Origin: Neodothiora populina
Lineage: Eukaryota
Reading direction: 5' to 3'
Assembly: GCF_041146345.1 (NCBI RefSeq)
Contig: NW_027191406.1
Span: 496,001 to 560,000, forward strand
DNA: 64,000 nucleotides
The notes beneath the pieces were generated by a model, which was given only the letters and a program-made list of their open reading frames with translations, ran no database searches and was not told where the DNA came from. Position numbers and translations under genes: made by a program. Positions 24,828 through 37,209 of this stretch are shown one piece after another. The stretch's first letter is position 1; each line of letters starts with the position of its first letter.

Positions 24828-26387
24828 ATTTGGAAGCACCACACCTCTTGAGGCATTGGCTAGACCCAAGTGTCGTCCGAAGATTTATCGCATCAACCTA
24901 CCTCTTAGATGCCGAGCCTCACTACGCTCCAGGCCGTTGGCATGGCAAATTGTGATCAGCTATCATTCCAGTTTACGAGCCGAGCACTGGGTCACGCAAT
25001 CTTTGATTCAGTGCCTGAAGCGGTGCTGGGCTATAGTTGCCATGGTCAGAACTCCTCACTGCCATAGGCACCAGCTTGACTTGAGGAGGACTCTAAGAAG
25101 AGCATCTAATCCCATGCATAATGGTGGAAACAAGTGTTTAAAGCATGAACTTGCTCTGAATGCCTTAATCATCATCGTGCCGTGCCGAGTAATGGCACAA
25201 AATCATAGAAAAGACATACAATCACAATCTCGAGAGCCAGAATCACAACTCGACCCTGTATATAAACACATAGTACTGAGTACATACAAACCCTACAGCA
25301 TATCGCACGAATGTCTAATCGTATCTTATCTATTCCATTTTAATGGGGGCGAAATGAACCCTGTCAATCGGCAATGCATTCTTCTCGACACACGACTCCA
25401 GAACACGAACTTGGGACCATTACGCCGCAAGAACAAAACCAAGTATACACCTATCAATTGCCTTTCCTCAACCGAATCACAGACACAAAGACAATGCAGA
25501 CACCTCCGAAATTGTAAAAACATCAGTTTTGAACAAAGTTGAGCAGTCAAGATAGGTTAGGTATCGCGCAATCAAATATCAAGCGACGTTAATGCTTCTA
25601 ATGTATCGATAGCAAGCCACAAAGCTAGCCAAAGTAGGCTAGACTGTGCAGACTCCAGCTTAATGGAGCGCTTTCGCTACTCCTAGTAATTAGAGTCGTT
25701 CCAATCATGAAAGTAGATTGATGCGCTGGAACCTGCTGGGTCAAGTACAATCAGAAGAAGTGTCTTAGTCGGCGTAGGTGCTTGACGGGTGCTTAATAGG
25801 CGTGGTATGATGATATACTCGTCCTAGAAACCCCTTTATTATTGTTTTGACAAAAGTGAGTCTCAGAGACTGTTTCGTCTTGATGAGCTGAAGACTGACG
25901 GCTTGACCTTAAGTGAAGTAGAAAGTGAAAGGCATCTTGAGATGGTGATACACAACAGTGTGATACTTGCATGCCTAAGTAAGCTTTATCAGCAGCGTTG
26001 TTCCAAAGGTCTTTTGTTGTCGGACTCAGTCGGTCTTGTTTCGGGTGTGTTCCCCTGCGTCGACGGAATACTCCTCACGAGGCCAGAAGAACGATGTTGG
26101 ACAGATATAAGACTGGCATGAGATCTTGAGGGCTTGAGCGGGCCTAGAGTGACTGGCGAAGTGTTTCTCGCATTTGTTCATGTACCTATATACTTCCACA
26201 CGCTACCCATCGGTAGGTAGATAGAATGCCATTTACGACGTGGTCATCTGATATGCGAGGAATCGTTAAGGAAAGTTATGTTTGGATATGCAAACAGCAA
26301 ACAGCATAGAGGTTCGAGGCGAGGATAGATCGAGCAAGGGGACTGCGGGACTCTGTGTGTACTTCATTGATCATTCATATAGGACAC

Positions 26388-27440
26388 TTACGAGCTCCCT
26401 TCATCACCATCTATATGCTTTGTATGCAACTCTGCCACTTCTGGAATGATAAGTGATTCAATCTCTGTTTCATTTACCCCAGCCAGCACAGCATCCGTTT
26501 CCTCTCCTGTTCGGTCGCTGTGTGGCACGCGAATCCACTTTTCCCCAGCCGGTGAGACAAAGACAACCTCCCTTTTGCGAGTCGCCAATAGATTCCCGAT
26601 CACCAAGTGATGCGAGTATCGCTTCAGCGCATACTCTGCCTTTTTGACCAGCAGACTAGAGTCGGTCTCGAGTTTGAAACTCACAATCATGCCTTCTGGT
26701 GACCATGCGTCGACGAGACTCTTGAGAAATTTGGGAACAGGCTCGAGACCAATAACCAGACGTTTGCCTTCGATCCGTGCCGCAGGCATGTTCTTCTCGT
26801 CTTCAAATTCTCCATTGGACTGGTTGAAGTCTTCCATCGACTGGATCTTGTGTTCTACCATCCTGTCACTGGGAATGAAGAAGTCCGACACTGCGGCAGC
26901 GAGGTAGAACAAGGCGCTAGACCCAAGAGGCCGCAAAGTAAACGCCATCTCGCGTAGTAACCACAAGTAATCATTGACGGTGACGAAAGGGACTAGCAGC
27001 AATTTCCTGGTCTTCCGAGCATCGTCGTACTTTCGCCACACCTCAGCCATCTGCTGCTGATACTCCTGATTGACCGTGACAGAGCCGCCGGCATTTTCGT
27101 GGACAAAGTCGAGGAAGCAATTGGTGCTGTGAGAATAGTGCCGCGAATACGGCAGCAGCGAGTGCTGACGATGTAGGAAGATGACAGCGTAGCCAGCCTC
27201 TAGAAAATATTCGGCGCTCGTGGCGCCCCGGGTGCCCGCGCTGAAGTTGTCGACGAAGCGAACCATTTGGTTCTCTAGTGGTACCGTGGTTCCTCCCGAA
27301 GTCACAAGTACGACTCTCCGTTTCTCTTTGGCATGATGACTGACGAAACCACGCGCCAGCGCAGAACTCTTCTGCAGCGTCTTGGGCTTGGGGTTGGAAG
27401 AGAAGTACTCATGTTCGGGAAGTGGTTGTGCTTCGCTCAT
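26388..27440 (-). CDS. CAB2: Phosphopantothenate--cysteine ligase (CoA biosynthesis)
   Basis: VVLVTSGGTTVPLE, RFVDNFSAGTRGATSAEYFL, FYLAAAVSDF, HKIQS, IVSFKLETD and VIGNLL. Confidence 0.94.
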   Translation of the reverse strand: MSEAQPLPEHEYFSSNPKPKTLQKSSALARGFVSHHAKEKRRVVLVTSGGTTVPLENQMVRFVDNFSAGTRGATSAEYFLEAGYAVIFLHRQHSLLPYSRHYSHSTNCFLDFVHENAGGSVTVNQEYQQQMAEVWRKYDDARKTRKLLLVPFVTVNDYLWLLREMAFTLRPLGSSALFYLAAAVSDFFIPSDRMVEHKIQSMEDFNQSNGEFEDEKNMPAARIEGKRLVIGLEPVPKFLKSLVDAWSPEGMIVSFKLETDSSLLVKKAEYALKRYSHHLVIGNLLATRKREVVFVSPAGEKWIRVPHSDRTGEETDAVLAGVNETEIESLIIPEVAELHTKHIDGDEGSS

Positions 27441-28050
27441 GACTTTTATTAGATTGAAGCGCCGGCCGGGGAAAGACGTCGACTGTGTGCTTGGTAATGT
27501 ATCGGTACGTGAAGAGCCGCAATAAGTCCAGATCTGAGGATCTGTGGCTGCCTTCTGCGGTCACAACGAAATCTTGGGCGAACAATATATGCTTTTTGAG
27601 TCTCGTTTAAACAGTCAGGCTGTTTCCTAAGCAGGCAGGATTATTAGTGGCACAATTGATTCGGCTAGAAGGAGCTGTTTTTGATAAACGCCGGTACTAT
27701 GAATACTGCATAGATCAGATCCCGGGGAGAGCTTATGTTATTGTCAAGGTAGATCGACCATCTATTATCATCATTCATTCACCAGGCTGTCGCCTCAAGT
27801 CAAATCGTACAGCGCGCATGTTCGTAATATCATAGTCAAATCACCTGTTCCAATGCAACTACGGTCATTATAACACGTACGCCTTCCATAAGCTGAGTTC
27901 TAGTACATGCAGACGTATATCGTCCGACTGTGCGGTCTAACAATAATCTGCATCGACCCTAATAGGTGAATGCAGCAGACCATACTGTCCTTGTTCCGCC
28001 TTCAACTCTAGTGAGCATAATCCGATGCCGTGAAGCCACTTGGCAATTCC

Positions 28051-28868
28051 TCATTCATCTTTGTCGCCGCTTTGCGAGCTTGCAAACTTTTTCGGATCGT
28101 GAATTGTGCATGTCAGAACTGTAGTCTCATGTCAGCACCAGTCTCAATTGCGAGTTTACCGCCTCATGATATAGAGCTTGCCTGAAGGATTGCATGCAGG
28201 TGAAGAGTGAAAAGGTAAAGGGCGATGTCCGGGCTCGACTCACCATGTCCGGAGTGGATATGTTTGGTATCCATATCATCCCAAAGCAGATATGCGTCAG
28301 GGCATAGACTCGCTCTTATAGCTATATTCTCCGCACTGTTCGTGCCTCGACAGTAGTCGTAAATGCCCGTTTTGGCGTCGATATGTCTGTCTTCCTTTGG
28401 ACAAACTGACAAGACGTCTTGTAGGCAACCGGCACCGGTATCCCAATCGTCGAGTTCGCCGTGACACCAGATGGGAACGGAAATGCCTTTTTCAATGTCC
28501 ACGTCGTAGTACGTCACGTTCGAAAAGCCACCGAAAGTGGCCTCCACCACGGTATTATGGTCCCGACGGCTCTCGACAAAGGTAGACTTTCCATTAGCCG
28601 TAGGTGCAAGGTAGAACTTGGGTGACGTGTGTTCGGACGCTGGAAGATATAGCGATCCGCCGGGTACAATAAATTCATTCGTTCTTATTAAATCGGGATA
28701 TTCTGCCTTGTCCTTGGCCGCCCAGTCATTACTGACGTGTATTCCCACGCTGTGTTCATTCACAAACTTGATGCCGAACCTGGTGTCTGCTGCATTGGTC
28801 GGAGCCGCCAGAATGGTGTGAGCGTGGAGGAGCAAGACTAACAGCTTATGATTTGACCTTGGACGCAT
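28051..28868 (-). CDS. Secreted, divergent small thaumatin-like protein
   Basis: Signal peptide MRPRSNHKLLVLLLHAHTILAAP. Thaumatin-like motifs TVVEATF, YYDVDIEKGISVPI, GCLQDVLSVCP and LCPDAYLLWDD. Intron 28243-28119 (GTGAGT...GCTGAC...CAG) gives the C-terminus VLTCTIHDPKKFASSQSGDKDE*. Confidence 0.65.
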
Positions 28869-30782
28869 TTTGTAGTAGAACTTATCGGTTCCTTGATGGA
28901 TGTTGCAGTCTCGGAAAACGACTAGTTGCACAGAAGAACGACCAAGAGAATAGAGAATGAGTAGCTTTTTACTTATAGCCTCAACTTAGGACTATGGTTA
29001 TTGGCTCAACAGAACGTGGGCATCAGGAATCAGAATATGTATATAGGTCTGACCTACCGTAGTTCTTGATAGATACTACCAAGAGTCGGATATCTCTTAC
29101 CATATGCATGTCCATAGGAGACCTAGTCGCGCTTACAGCATTGCTTCACAGACGATACTTCAGTCTACCGAGATGTGATTCCCATGTGGAGGGCCAAGGA
29201 GATGGATAGCGGGGTTGGTCTGTAGTAAAGACGTATTTGCTATGGGGTATTTGCTCATATGTGAAAGACTATGAGATCATATGTATGAGCAGTTCGGTAT
29301 CGACAAGGCCACTACAGTGAACTTTTGAAGCATGCGTATGGTTTTGGTGTCCCGTGCCAAATCCACGTCATCAGAACCATTCCAGACTCGAGACTCTACG
29401 CGGCGGATCCTACCATATCTTGAGTCGTTTTGTCTACCGGAAGAGGAGGGTTTTATCCAGGACAAGGTTGAGGTAAGGACAATAGCCGTACTTGGGTGGT
29501 GGGGCTGGAGCCATGACCTTTCGATGTATCAGGCTTTGCGCATGCATGAGCAAGTTCTTGACTATGCGCTACCAGGTTTCGTAACTTGCTGTCGCCATTT
29601 GAGCCTCATCGAGAGGTGCAGTCCAGAGTGGCAAGATCCTTTTAGAATGGTTCTTGCATAGACGTCCACCAGCAGATGCAAAAGACAAAACGAGGCGGGG
29701 CCTTGCCGATGGAGCCTCACGTAGCATGATACTCTCATGATCTTCAAATTCTCTTTAACGTGCTCTGGGAAGATACATCATGAAATTTGTCGCACGGTTC
29801 AGTGAAACCTGAGGGGTTTTGCGAAGAATCCATGAGCTTATAGGATCTCTGGCATATTCAAAGGCTATTTTCTATCCAGCTCATGAACCAAGCAGGAGCC
29901 GACGAAGAAGGCTGCTGTGCTGCTGTCGAACTGTGTTCTGAGTCCATATCGAATTATTGTTATCGATTCAAGATCAATTCCGAATAAGGATGTGATTGAG
30001 AGCTTGTAAGCTTGAACTAGAGACTAAAGTTGCAAGCTATCGTGTGTGAAATGATGGTTTTCGGACTCGACATTGAGGAGCATCAGAGCCAGATATATAT
30101 ATACCTATATGTTGTTACCAATCTCCGAATAAATCCTTCCGCTATCTGCGAGTTGTAGCATCCACCCCCATCAGCGGCATGTAGCAGAGTCCACCGAAAG
30201 GCTGGCGGAGAGCCGAGCGAGTCCGAGTGTGAGACGTGGTTGGTTGAACCAATCATACTTTCCCACGATCCTTGAGCTTGAAGCTCTCACGAGAGGTCAG
30301 CTCACTTGCTGCCAAGTAAGCTGATTCTTACATTGTCGAGAAAACAGTTCTAGGTTATCAATATGCATATCAACGTGCTACAGGGAAGATCTCTCATCAT
30401 GCATTATGCTGGGCGGTACTATATGAGACATGCACTCGAATGCTAAGCATGACAACACGCTCATTGGACACATCTATCAATTGTGTCGTGAGCGTCAGGT
30501 GAGCGGCTAGTGGTCCCCAATGTAGAAGCTGTGAATGTTACACCATGAAACACAAGAGGCGATGTTGGAGTTGTAGTCAACACCTGATGCGCAACTGATC
30601 CCAACCAGCGGATCTCCTGCGCTTTACTCACAATATCGCGAGAAATTGTGGAGTCAAGGTGTTAGTGAAACAGACTGAGACACAGCATCCCAAGTCCAGG
30701 TGTTGAGAGTGACTCAAAGCATAGAGTTGAGTTACAGTGTGACAAATTTTCGAAGTACGTGAGCGCTGGTATGGTTCTTTGA

Positions 30783-33016
30783 TTACTGCTGGCATAATTC
30801 TGACATGAATTCGCGAAAATCTCCCTTTGTGGCATCTTCGATATCATCCTCGAGCTCCTTCTCGTACTTGATGGAATAATCACGTTGCACTCGTGAAAGA
30901 TGTATTCGATCCCAATGGACTCGTACGAGGCGAGATATGAGCAAATCATACCTCAGCTCATCCTTGTTATGCGACTTGATATCTTTTATTGCATGCCGCA
31001 ACAGCATAGCATCCCGAGCTGGCTTGTTGATCACGCCATTCAGAATATGTGCAATTACCTCACCCTATACACCGTTAGCAATGCTAAACTCCTCTGCATG
31101 ATCCTGCATCACCGTACACAAAGGGCAGGCAAATTTCCGAAGGGAGTTGAACGACAGAGGACAACCGATACATGGTGGTAAGACGTCTCATCACATGAAA
31201 AAAATAATCCGAAAGCACATACCACTAGATTGTTACTCTTCTGAAGTGCCTCCCTGGCGAAGTTCTTTCCATATTGGCGTTCGTAAGCTCTTAGTACCTC
31301 TCTCAAGTGAGTGTCGCTTCGCTTAAGGATGATGTTCAGCATAGGGCTCTCACCACCCTCCCGGATCAGAATACACCTGTGTAAGATATCTGCATCCTTA
31401 TTGGCAAAATCAGCTGGGTAAACGTCCGTTTCTTCTTGTCGTCTTGCTTCAAGAGCGCCTAAAACAGCAGTACGAAATTTGTCGGCTTTCAACTCCTTCT
31501 CCATACACTTGACGAGATCATCGCCGTAGCGTTTGTCTCTGAAGGAGGCTCTGATGTTCCTGATCTCTGCGTTGGTACGGCCCATCAGACTTTCTATAAG
31601 GAGCTCACGCCTGCTCGCGTGAGACTGGTACCAGAAGTTGGCCCAGTATCCTTCACTTTCCCATCGTCCAAGTGCTGTAACATACGCAGCCTTTCCAAAA
31701 TTACCTGCAATTTCTAGTTTGATATGTTTAGCCATGTTTATACCACGGCCAGAGATCTTGGCAATCTTCTTGTACTCGCTTCGAAGCTCGAGTATCTGGT
31801 CGTGTGTCAAATGAGGAAGTATGTCACATAGTGGATCGGAATCTGGGCCTCTGAGATGCAACAAAGCCTCGTTTATGACTCTCGCATCGTCCTCCGCATT
31901 ATAGACTTTTGCACGTTTCTTTTCCACCCTGTGCTTCGGTGGAGCAGATATAGATACAGACTTTCGATGTTTGCCACTATTATTGGCGCCCTTCTCGAAT
32001 TGTGACTGCTTCGTGTAGTCGTACCTGATTGCTTCGGTAGATGAGCTGAGTTGAGTCAGAGGCGGCACATCATCCATCTCGTCGTCCCGAGAAAGCATCA
32101 TTGGTGAGGTCATGGGTGAGATAGACTGGTATGTGCCTTTGTAAGGCTCCAATAATGGACTTGGAGGTGGCAAGCCTCCTGACATCTCATATGAAGCAGT
32201 GCCGACAGTGAGTCGATCGCTACGAGGCACTGGAGCCGAGCTAGTCCTCTTGGAAAGATCTGGCGTTACATCAACGATACGTGCTTGTGACGATGATCTC
32301 GAATGAGACCCATGCAGACTCGTCGTTTGAGGTAGAGCTTGTTGAGAGGGTGTCAGTGGCTGGCGAGTAGTAGTATAGTTCACGGGGAACTCGGTAGGCT
32401 GTCTGGTACTGTTCGCAGTCTGTGGCTGATGCGTGAACGATATATTTGATGGTGGCTTCGCATACTGGTATGGTTCGGGTTGTAGATAAGCCGCGTAACC
32501 AGATTGCGATCCAACAACAGTGGTCGGAGTATAACGGTAGGGCATTGATGAGCTATTCGTGCGATTTCGACTATTCGTGCTAGCCGATCGCTGTCTGCTA
32601 GATAGAGCAGCTTCTGGGAGTGTTCCATAGGCGAGATCTTCGTCGTAAGGCTCCCTGAATTGAGCGGCCGCAGCTTGTATCGCTGCGCGCTGTTCAGGTG
32701 GATAACCCGTGAGGTTGTTTAGATCGAGCTCACTAGCCTCGGTAGGATAAGGTATCCCGCCTGTTGTAGGATAAGGTAGTTGGGTGCCATGTGCTGACAC
32801 ATTGATAGTTGATGCTGACGAAACACTCTCTGATACATGTGATGGAAACATATCTACTGTTCGTGAAGTTTGTGTTCTAGCAGGAATGGTATCTTGCACC
32901 ATTTTGACAGCCTCCGAAGTGGAAGATGCTCGCACATGGCTATGGGAACGCGATCGATCGCGAGTTCGTGATTTCGAACGTGGCCCCCGGCTTGAATCTC
33001 CCACTGTCAAGGCCAT
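30783..33016 (-). CDS. ANXC4: Fungal annexin ANXC4-type protein
   Basis: Long disordered N-terminus, then annexin repeats (LPHLTHDQILELRSEYK, WESEGYWANFWYQS, LIESLMGRTNAEIR, RSDTHLREVLRAYE, YDLLISRLVRVHWD, TKGDFREFM). Intron 31222-31065. Confidence 0.88.
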
Positions 33017-33663
33017 GGTAGAAGCACAAGCTACAAGCAGGTGGACGTAGTTCAATTTGTAGCATGTTCAGGAGGTCGTTGGGTTTTGAGACTTATAAGG
33101 CCGCCCACCGCTTTTAGTGCGAGCGTTCAGGCGGCAAGGCGGAATCCTGCAGCAGCATACTGTACATAACGCGGGGAATGACTACGACCTTGCAACACAG
33201 TATCTTCAACCTGGACAGAAGTTCGCCACTGATGAGGCAAGCTCGATAAATGTTCCTGATCTACTCAGTCGTGGACGACCAAGCATAACATGTTTGTTGA
33301 ATCGAAACTGGTACGCTTGCTGTCTTACCGGTGCATGGCATAGTGGCCCCGTCTGAGGCTGAATCGCTGCCCTACGAGGATAATCTAGTCACCTCCTCTA
33401 CAAGATCGATTACCAAACACATTGTCAGCAAAAATTCGACATGATACAATGAAGCTGCTCGATTACCGCTCGTTTTTGAAGTGATACGGGGCAACTTGCA
33501 AAGAATTTATGCTCTGTACTAAGGAAGCTGGATTGAAGCGATCAGGGTCATGGAGTTAGCTTACCCCAAGGTCCTCGCTTATTATGTACAGTTTCCGCCG
33601 CATGCGAATCTTTCGCTTTCGTGAAGAATCATAATTTTCCATAACAGATTCGAATCTCCATCG

Positions 33664-33750
33664 GCACCATTGGGTTAGTGGTAAACTTGGTCGTTGCCAG
33701 CTAGTACTAGCAAGTTCGACCAGCCCCGTGTTCGATTCACGGATGGTGCA
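33664..33750 (+). tRNA. tRNA-Gly(GCC) with ~16-nt intron
   Basis: Acceptor stem GCACCAT/ATGGTGC+A. D-arm TAGTGGTA. Anticodon stem GGTCG/CGACC with TTGCCA loop. Intron about 33700-33715. T-loop GTTCGATTC. T6 terminator at about 33775. Confidence 0.92.
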
Positions 33751-33947
33751 GTGCATGTTCGTTACAGCGATTAATTTTTTGGCTTCTGGGGGACAATTGT
33801 ACAGTCCTAAGGTCAATGTCAACTTGAACACATGCGGTGATAATGTTGAGCAATCTGGGATATAAAAGTATCGTACATGGTTGGATTACACATTAGTATG
33901 TTTAAATGTATCAGGTGTGTATTATGTTGGAATGTACATCCTAACAC

Positions 33948-36180
33948 TCATGACAGCAGTCTCTCGCATATGTTCGTGACTGCACTTCCAACACCCTTCG
34001 TTGGAGGTGTATTGATAGGAGTCACGCGAATTTTCTGATGTGGTCGTTGGCTCTCGATCTGTTCCTTGGGAAACCAGCACCCATGAAGACCGTATGGAAC
34101 ACGTTGTGGCAGTACGACCCGACCGATGATCGTTGTCATGTCCTTCGCGTCGATAATCCACAGCTCACTCCTTGAACGGACGTCACAATCGTTGTCATCA
34201 GGGACGTCGCCGTCGGCGTCCAGCTGTGCTTCGTTGAATGCGTAAGTCAAGAGGTAGCCGTCGTCTTCGGTCTGAGCATTGAATCGAGGAACGAACCGCG
34301 GCTCTTGGACATACCATCCTTCGGGTGAGCGGAATACGCGAATAGGATCATTATCGATATTGGCCTTCAATATCTCATTGACTGACCGCGCGTCGACACA
34401 GCCAGTGACTGGTAGCATTTTGCCATTCTTGAGCAACGACTCTCCCTGAGCAATTAAGGTCTTAGTATCAATCTTTACCAAGGCATTGATCTTCGTGGCT
34501 TTGCCAAGAGCTGCACCAAAAGAGGTCACAGTTGTACTGCAGCCGTAGACATATTGGGCAGCCTGCATCTCATATTTAGGATGTGTACAAGGGAATTCGA
34601 AAGGAATTGCCGACAAGGCGTACTGAGACTCGATAAGTCCAGTGGTGAGAGAAAATGCGTAATGGTAGAGGCGACACTGCTCTTCTTCGTCGGGGAGCTG
34701 TTCAACATATTCAGAATACTCTGGCAGAGATGAAGCAGCCGTATCAATCTGACCATTACTCTGCAAACGTATCAGAGGTTCTTTATCCGTTCGAGGTGAT
34801 TCAAGGCTGGGAGCATCCTCGAATACTTCAGCATCAAAATATCTCGATTCGTCCGTGCCAGAGTGGTAGATACCAACTTCGTATTTCTCGAACCAGGAAA
34901 TGCCCCGCTTCCTTGCAGCACCCACTGCAAGCTTCGGAGGTTGAGGTGCAGCGATGTTGCCTGCTGCGTAGACAAGTGTGGAAGAGATAAGTCTTGCTGC
35001 GAGCATGTGGACCGTCTGGGTCGCACCAGTAGCGTCGACATCGTCCCAAGTGTTGGCTGTGTGGAAGATGCAACAAGCGGTGGTTTCGAAGTAACGGACC
35101 TGGTCTGGTCGGTGGCGAGGAAAGACAGCGAACCGAGAAGGCTTGCTGCTGTCATAATCTATTACCGGTTTGCCTTTGGCAAGGTTCAGTGGATCCAGTG
35201 AAAGTGGAAGATCCATGATGACAGTATGTCTCAGAGAGGCGCCAAAGTCATGCATCATCTTCGCTCCAGATATACCTGGGACGGGTTCATTGATGAGCTT
35301 TGATGGCTTGAGAAGACCAGTGTGTTCTTTTGGCGATTCTATAGCCGGCGTGACAGAGTATCGAACGTACGGCGCCAAAAATGTCGCATGGAATAATATC
35401 ATCTCCTTAGTGATAGGATCAACCTTCGGATGGCCGGTAGTCCATTCCCTCATCCAACTCAGCATACCACTACCTCCAAAAACTTCTCCTTTTGAACGAC
35501 TGTCGGCAGCTGACTCGCCTTCACTCCGATCGCCATTGTACCACCCGATTGTTTCTAGACCCGGTAGGGACACACGCATGGGTGGACCACTCTCGCATGT
35601 TGCTAGCGCCCGGCCGTCGTGGTAGAGGATGCTTGTATTTGCAACACTTATCCTCTTTATGGCCTGCCTGGATCCAGGGAGGAACGAAAGTATGACAAGG
35701 AAGATCGTCCTCAAGATGTGCAAGACAATGACAAGAAGTGACCCAAGCGGATTGACGAGGGTAGTGATACTTGGCAGGATCGGTCTCTTGACATGTCGCG
35801 AACCGATGGTCGACAGATACACATCTGTCAAGATGAATTGGTTGACGAATTCGGGCTTGATCTGGCCATCTTCATTTGTCGGGAATGAAACGCCACTTAG
35901 CATTCCATCGCCATCAAACCAATGCGAATCGCGGCCAAGATCATCATTGGAGATGGGATTGCCACCATTGCGGACATATTCTCCGCCCGCAAGCTCATCG
36001 GGAATCTGACCATGAAACGAACATGCTGTCAATGGAAGCGTCCGATGTATGGGGGCAAAATTGCCAGAAAGGTATCTGTGTCGCGGTCAATCTACAGCTG
36101 AGAAATTGCAGAAGGTTTACTATAGAGACTTACGGGTGTCTGCTCTTCAAATCGTGTTCTCGAGTATTTACAGAAGTCAT
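33948..36180 (-). CDS. carX: Carotenoid cleavage oxygenase (retinal-forming, CarX type)
   Basis: Exon 1 MTSVNTREHDLKSRHP, intron 36133-36076, then YLSGNFAPIH, YVRNGGNP and HWFDGDGML. All four Fe-binding His present (TGHPK, MMHDF, IFHTAN, YGLHG). Divergent from carRA. Confidence 0.92.
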
Positions 36181-37034
36181 ACCCGTCTACAGCGATTTCG
36201 AATGATTTCTATAGAGGATGTGACGAGAGCTGTCCGGGCATTACAGCAAGGTCGTCACTATAGCGGGTGATGGGTTGATAGTTCTGTCACAAAATAGTAC
36301 CTGGCAAGCACGAATATGGCGGTTTCTTTTACTTTGACAAACTTCGTAAACAAAACGGGTCGTGCCATATCTGCGAGGTCTGCGACAGTGTATGCGTGAG
36401 CAATAGGTAACCTGCATGTGGAAAGGATGACGATATGCTCCATGAACTTGTAAGCGATGACGCCAGAGAGACACAAGACAGGACTAAGGTACTGTACCTA
36501 AACCAAAAGGTGCCCTGGAAACATCGTAACCGGGACTTACGGACCACACCTTGCGATACCTCACTGAACCTTAAGATACCGTAACGGCGGGGAATTAGAC
36601 TCTCGCTTGTCACTTTGATATGATCGGAGGTGCCTGCCATGATCCATGCATGCGTTCCGATGCGCAAGGGTAAGTCAGATCCTCTGTAGCAAAAGCATCT
36701 GATGTTTGCGGCACACGTTGATTTTACTGCACTGCGCTGCACCAGTACTTGCATTTTACGTGATAGTACACGCGCATGTGCAAACCCTACCTGGAAACTC
36801 ATATGGCGTGCACCCCAAGTACTGTAGGGTGCTGTAGCTTACAGCAATCAGTTTCTTGAATTCGGACAAATCGCAACGGCAGGATCCGCGTAGGGAAGAC
36901 TAGAGGAGCCTAGGTACCGCAGCTGTTTAGACCGCACGCGCCGCGGAACGCTGTGCAGTAATTACCTACTGTGCAGTAGCAGTTCCAATCTTTATTTCCC
37001 GTGGCTACTGTACCTTACCTACCTTTCCTTACTT

Positions 37035-37055
37035 TGCTGCTGCTGCTGCTGCTGC
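37035..37055. repeat. (TGC)7 microsatellite in the carX/carRA divergent intergenic region
   Basis: Direct reading of the sequence. Confidence 0.9.
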
Positions 37056-37209
37056 TTGGCTGTGAATTACCGCCGACACTTGAATATATTCCACCATTCA
37101 GGTCGTTTCAACTGTCAGTCCGCTAGCGAGCATAGTAATGGATTGAGACCACCCTTCTTGGTAGAGTCGGCGTATAGAAGTACTGTACCTGCATCACTGA
37201 ATCGCAAGA

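Noticed and set aside
24706..25542. 278-aa ORF overlapping the PPR gene's end
   Set aside because: Composition is not protein-like, no domain recognised, and it lies in the probable 3'UTR. Only expression data would rescue it.
25525..25861. TA-rich segment between imperfect direct repeats (GTTTTGAACAAAGTTGAG / GTTTTGACAAAAGTGAG), considered as a RIP-decayed element
   Set aside because: No terminal inverted repeats, target-site duplication or coding remnant could be supported.
29270..29750. Minus-strand frame that reads somewhat protein-like with TAG/TGA interruptions
   Set aside because: About 5 stops in about 160 codons is not clearly different from random, and no homology was recognised.
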